Positions 62,830 to 64,000 of a DNA stretch of 64,000 nt are shown in pieces. This DNA comes from the human T2T-CHM13v2.0 reference genome, Homo sapiens. The stretch's first letter is position 1. Each line of letters opens with the position of its first letter. The translations under genes and the position numbers were made by a program. Under the pieces are notes generated by a model, which saw only the letters and a program-made list of their open reading frames with translations, searched no databases and had not been told where the DNA came from. The stretch lies in NCBI RefSeq assembly GCF_009914755.1, contig NC_060940.1. One strand, given 5' to 3'.

Positions 62830-63450
62830 CAGCAGCTGCTCGCGTGCCAGGAACCATGGGGCACAGCCCCGGGCGACCCTCGGGCCGGCGGGGGCCTTCC
62901 GCTTCCTGGCGTCTTTCTTCCCCGCCCCGCCGGCTGCTGGGGAAGCGGCGGGCGCCCAGTGCCTGGAGGTCGCTCCCTCGCCTCCTCTGGCTGCGGGAAC
63001 GGAGAGGCGGCGGCGGCCGGAGCAGGGTGGGCGGCCTGAGCCGAGAGCCCGGCCGGCCCCCGCGAGGAATATGGCGACCTGCGGCGACCGGAGCAGCAGC
63101 GGCGTCAGTTGCTGCACCGCCGACTTCTTGGAGCAGCGAAAGCGACTCGCGAGAAGACGCCGCCAAGTGGAACCCGGGCCCTGCGGCCCTGGGAGGGGGC
63201 AGCACCGACACAGCCATGAAGCCCCGGGCGCGGCGCTGGGCGCCAACGAGAGCCACGGCAACCTCCAGACGGCGCCACAGCAACCTCTAGGCAGTGCCCA
63301 CACCAGCCTACAGGTGGCGCCCCTCGCACTGCACCTGCCGCGGCCGCCCCGGGTGTGAACTGCGCTGTCAGCAGGGCCGCGCTGACACGGGTGGCCCAGG
63401 CCCGCAGCAGCCGAGGAGCCCAGGGGCACTGCCCGGGGTGACGAGAAGGA
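62830..63450. promoter_or_regulatory. CpG island overlapping the 5' part of the PAWR retrocopy
   Basis: Dense CpG and GC boxes, set against AT-rich DNA at 61.2-62.7 kb. Confidence 0.8.
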
Positions 63451-63689
63451 GAAGACGGTGCCCCAGAAAAAGGCAAGAGCTCAGAGCTCGGGTCCCCGTG
63501 CCAGGAATGGCCAGGAGCAGAAGATGGAGAGGTGGAGATGGAGAAGGAGAAGCAGCAGGTGGGAAGGAGCGGCGCTCCACCGGTGGGGTCAACATGCGCT
63601 GGCTGAGCTTAGAGTATGAAGAGGATGAAGCAAGTCAGAAAGAGCGGAAACGAGAAGGTGCAATGACACAGCAGAGCACAATGCAGAAT
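63071..63689 (+). pseudogene. Processed PAWR (Par-4) pseudogene, frameshifted and 3'-truncated; 5' UTR-like homology may extend to about 62850
   Basis: MATCGDRSSSGVSCCTADFLEQRK ~ PAWR MATGGYRTSSGLGGSTTDFLEEWK; GVNCAV..LTR; RRSTGGVN..EYEEDEASQKERKREGAMTQQSTMQN ~ RRSTGVVN..EYEDDEAGQKERKREDAITQQNTIQN; several frameshifts; no intron. Confidence 0.9.
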
Positions 63690-64000
63690 CCAGCCCTAGG
63701 ACTCCAATAAAGGCTGGGTTTAATTCCAACTCACACCCTCCCACCCCTAATCAGAGAGGATCACAGGAGAGAGAGGACCCAAGGAACACTGGAACCTGAA
63801 GGACAGGAATCTGAGGCCAAGACTGATTGCTGGAAATTGTGGGAATCAGGAAAGGAGAAACTGAGGCAGAATGGGGGGATGGAGGGTGGTGGTGGGGGGC
63901 AGTGAGCTGGGTTAGGAAGGATTAGAAATCAGAACCCTAGGAAGGATCCAGAAAGGAACTGTCCTTAAGAAGGTGCATGCTGCGGCTGGGTACTGTGGCT

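Noticed and set aside
62542-63710. Several overlapping 120-212 aa ORFs in the terminal CpG island
   Set aside because: Explained by stop-poor GC-rich DNA of the frameshifted PAWR retrocopy; PAWR similarity is split across frames.

Overview
Primate (human-like) genomic DNA with very dense Alu coverage, recognisable as the chromosome 16p SBK1 / NPIPB6 junction. From 1 to about 22.4 kb (+ strand) it holds the rest of SBK1 intron 1, the three coding exons of the Ser/Thr kinase SBK1 (15922-16147, 17525-17727, 18610-19455; 424 aa) and a 3' UTR of about 2.9 kb. About 22.4-36 kb is repeat-rich intergenic DNA with a strong CTCF-like site. From roughly 36-37 kb onward is an LCR16a-type mosaic. It contains a stranded PLA2G10 exon (+) and a complete NPIPB-type gene (-, NPIPB6 by sequence and position) with three alternative phase-0 first coding exons (MRLR, MFCC, MVKL). 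It also contains the last two exons of an ACSM1-like gene (-) and a CpG-rich processed PAWR pseudogene (+). The most interesting signal is how the NPIP protein is built from borrowed parts. (1) 53 bp of a coding exon are identical to a neighbouring intronic Alu 953 bp away. (2) The basic C-terminal PKPKRRR repeats are a 4 x 42-bp amplification of an Alu right-arm segment. (3) One start exon is an ACSM1 exon whose splice acceptor was turned into an ATG. (4) A retrocopy CpG island with a minus-strand splice donor sits where a promoter or first exon would be. Gene and family names come from recalled protein and repeat sequences, not database searches. Repeat coordinates are approximate, and small MIR/L2/L1 fragments are only partly listed.
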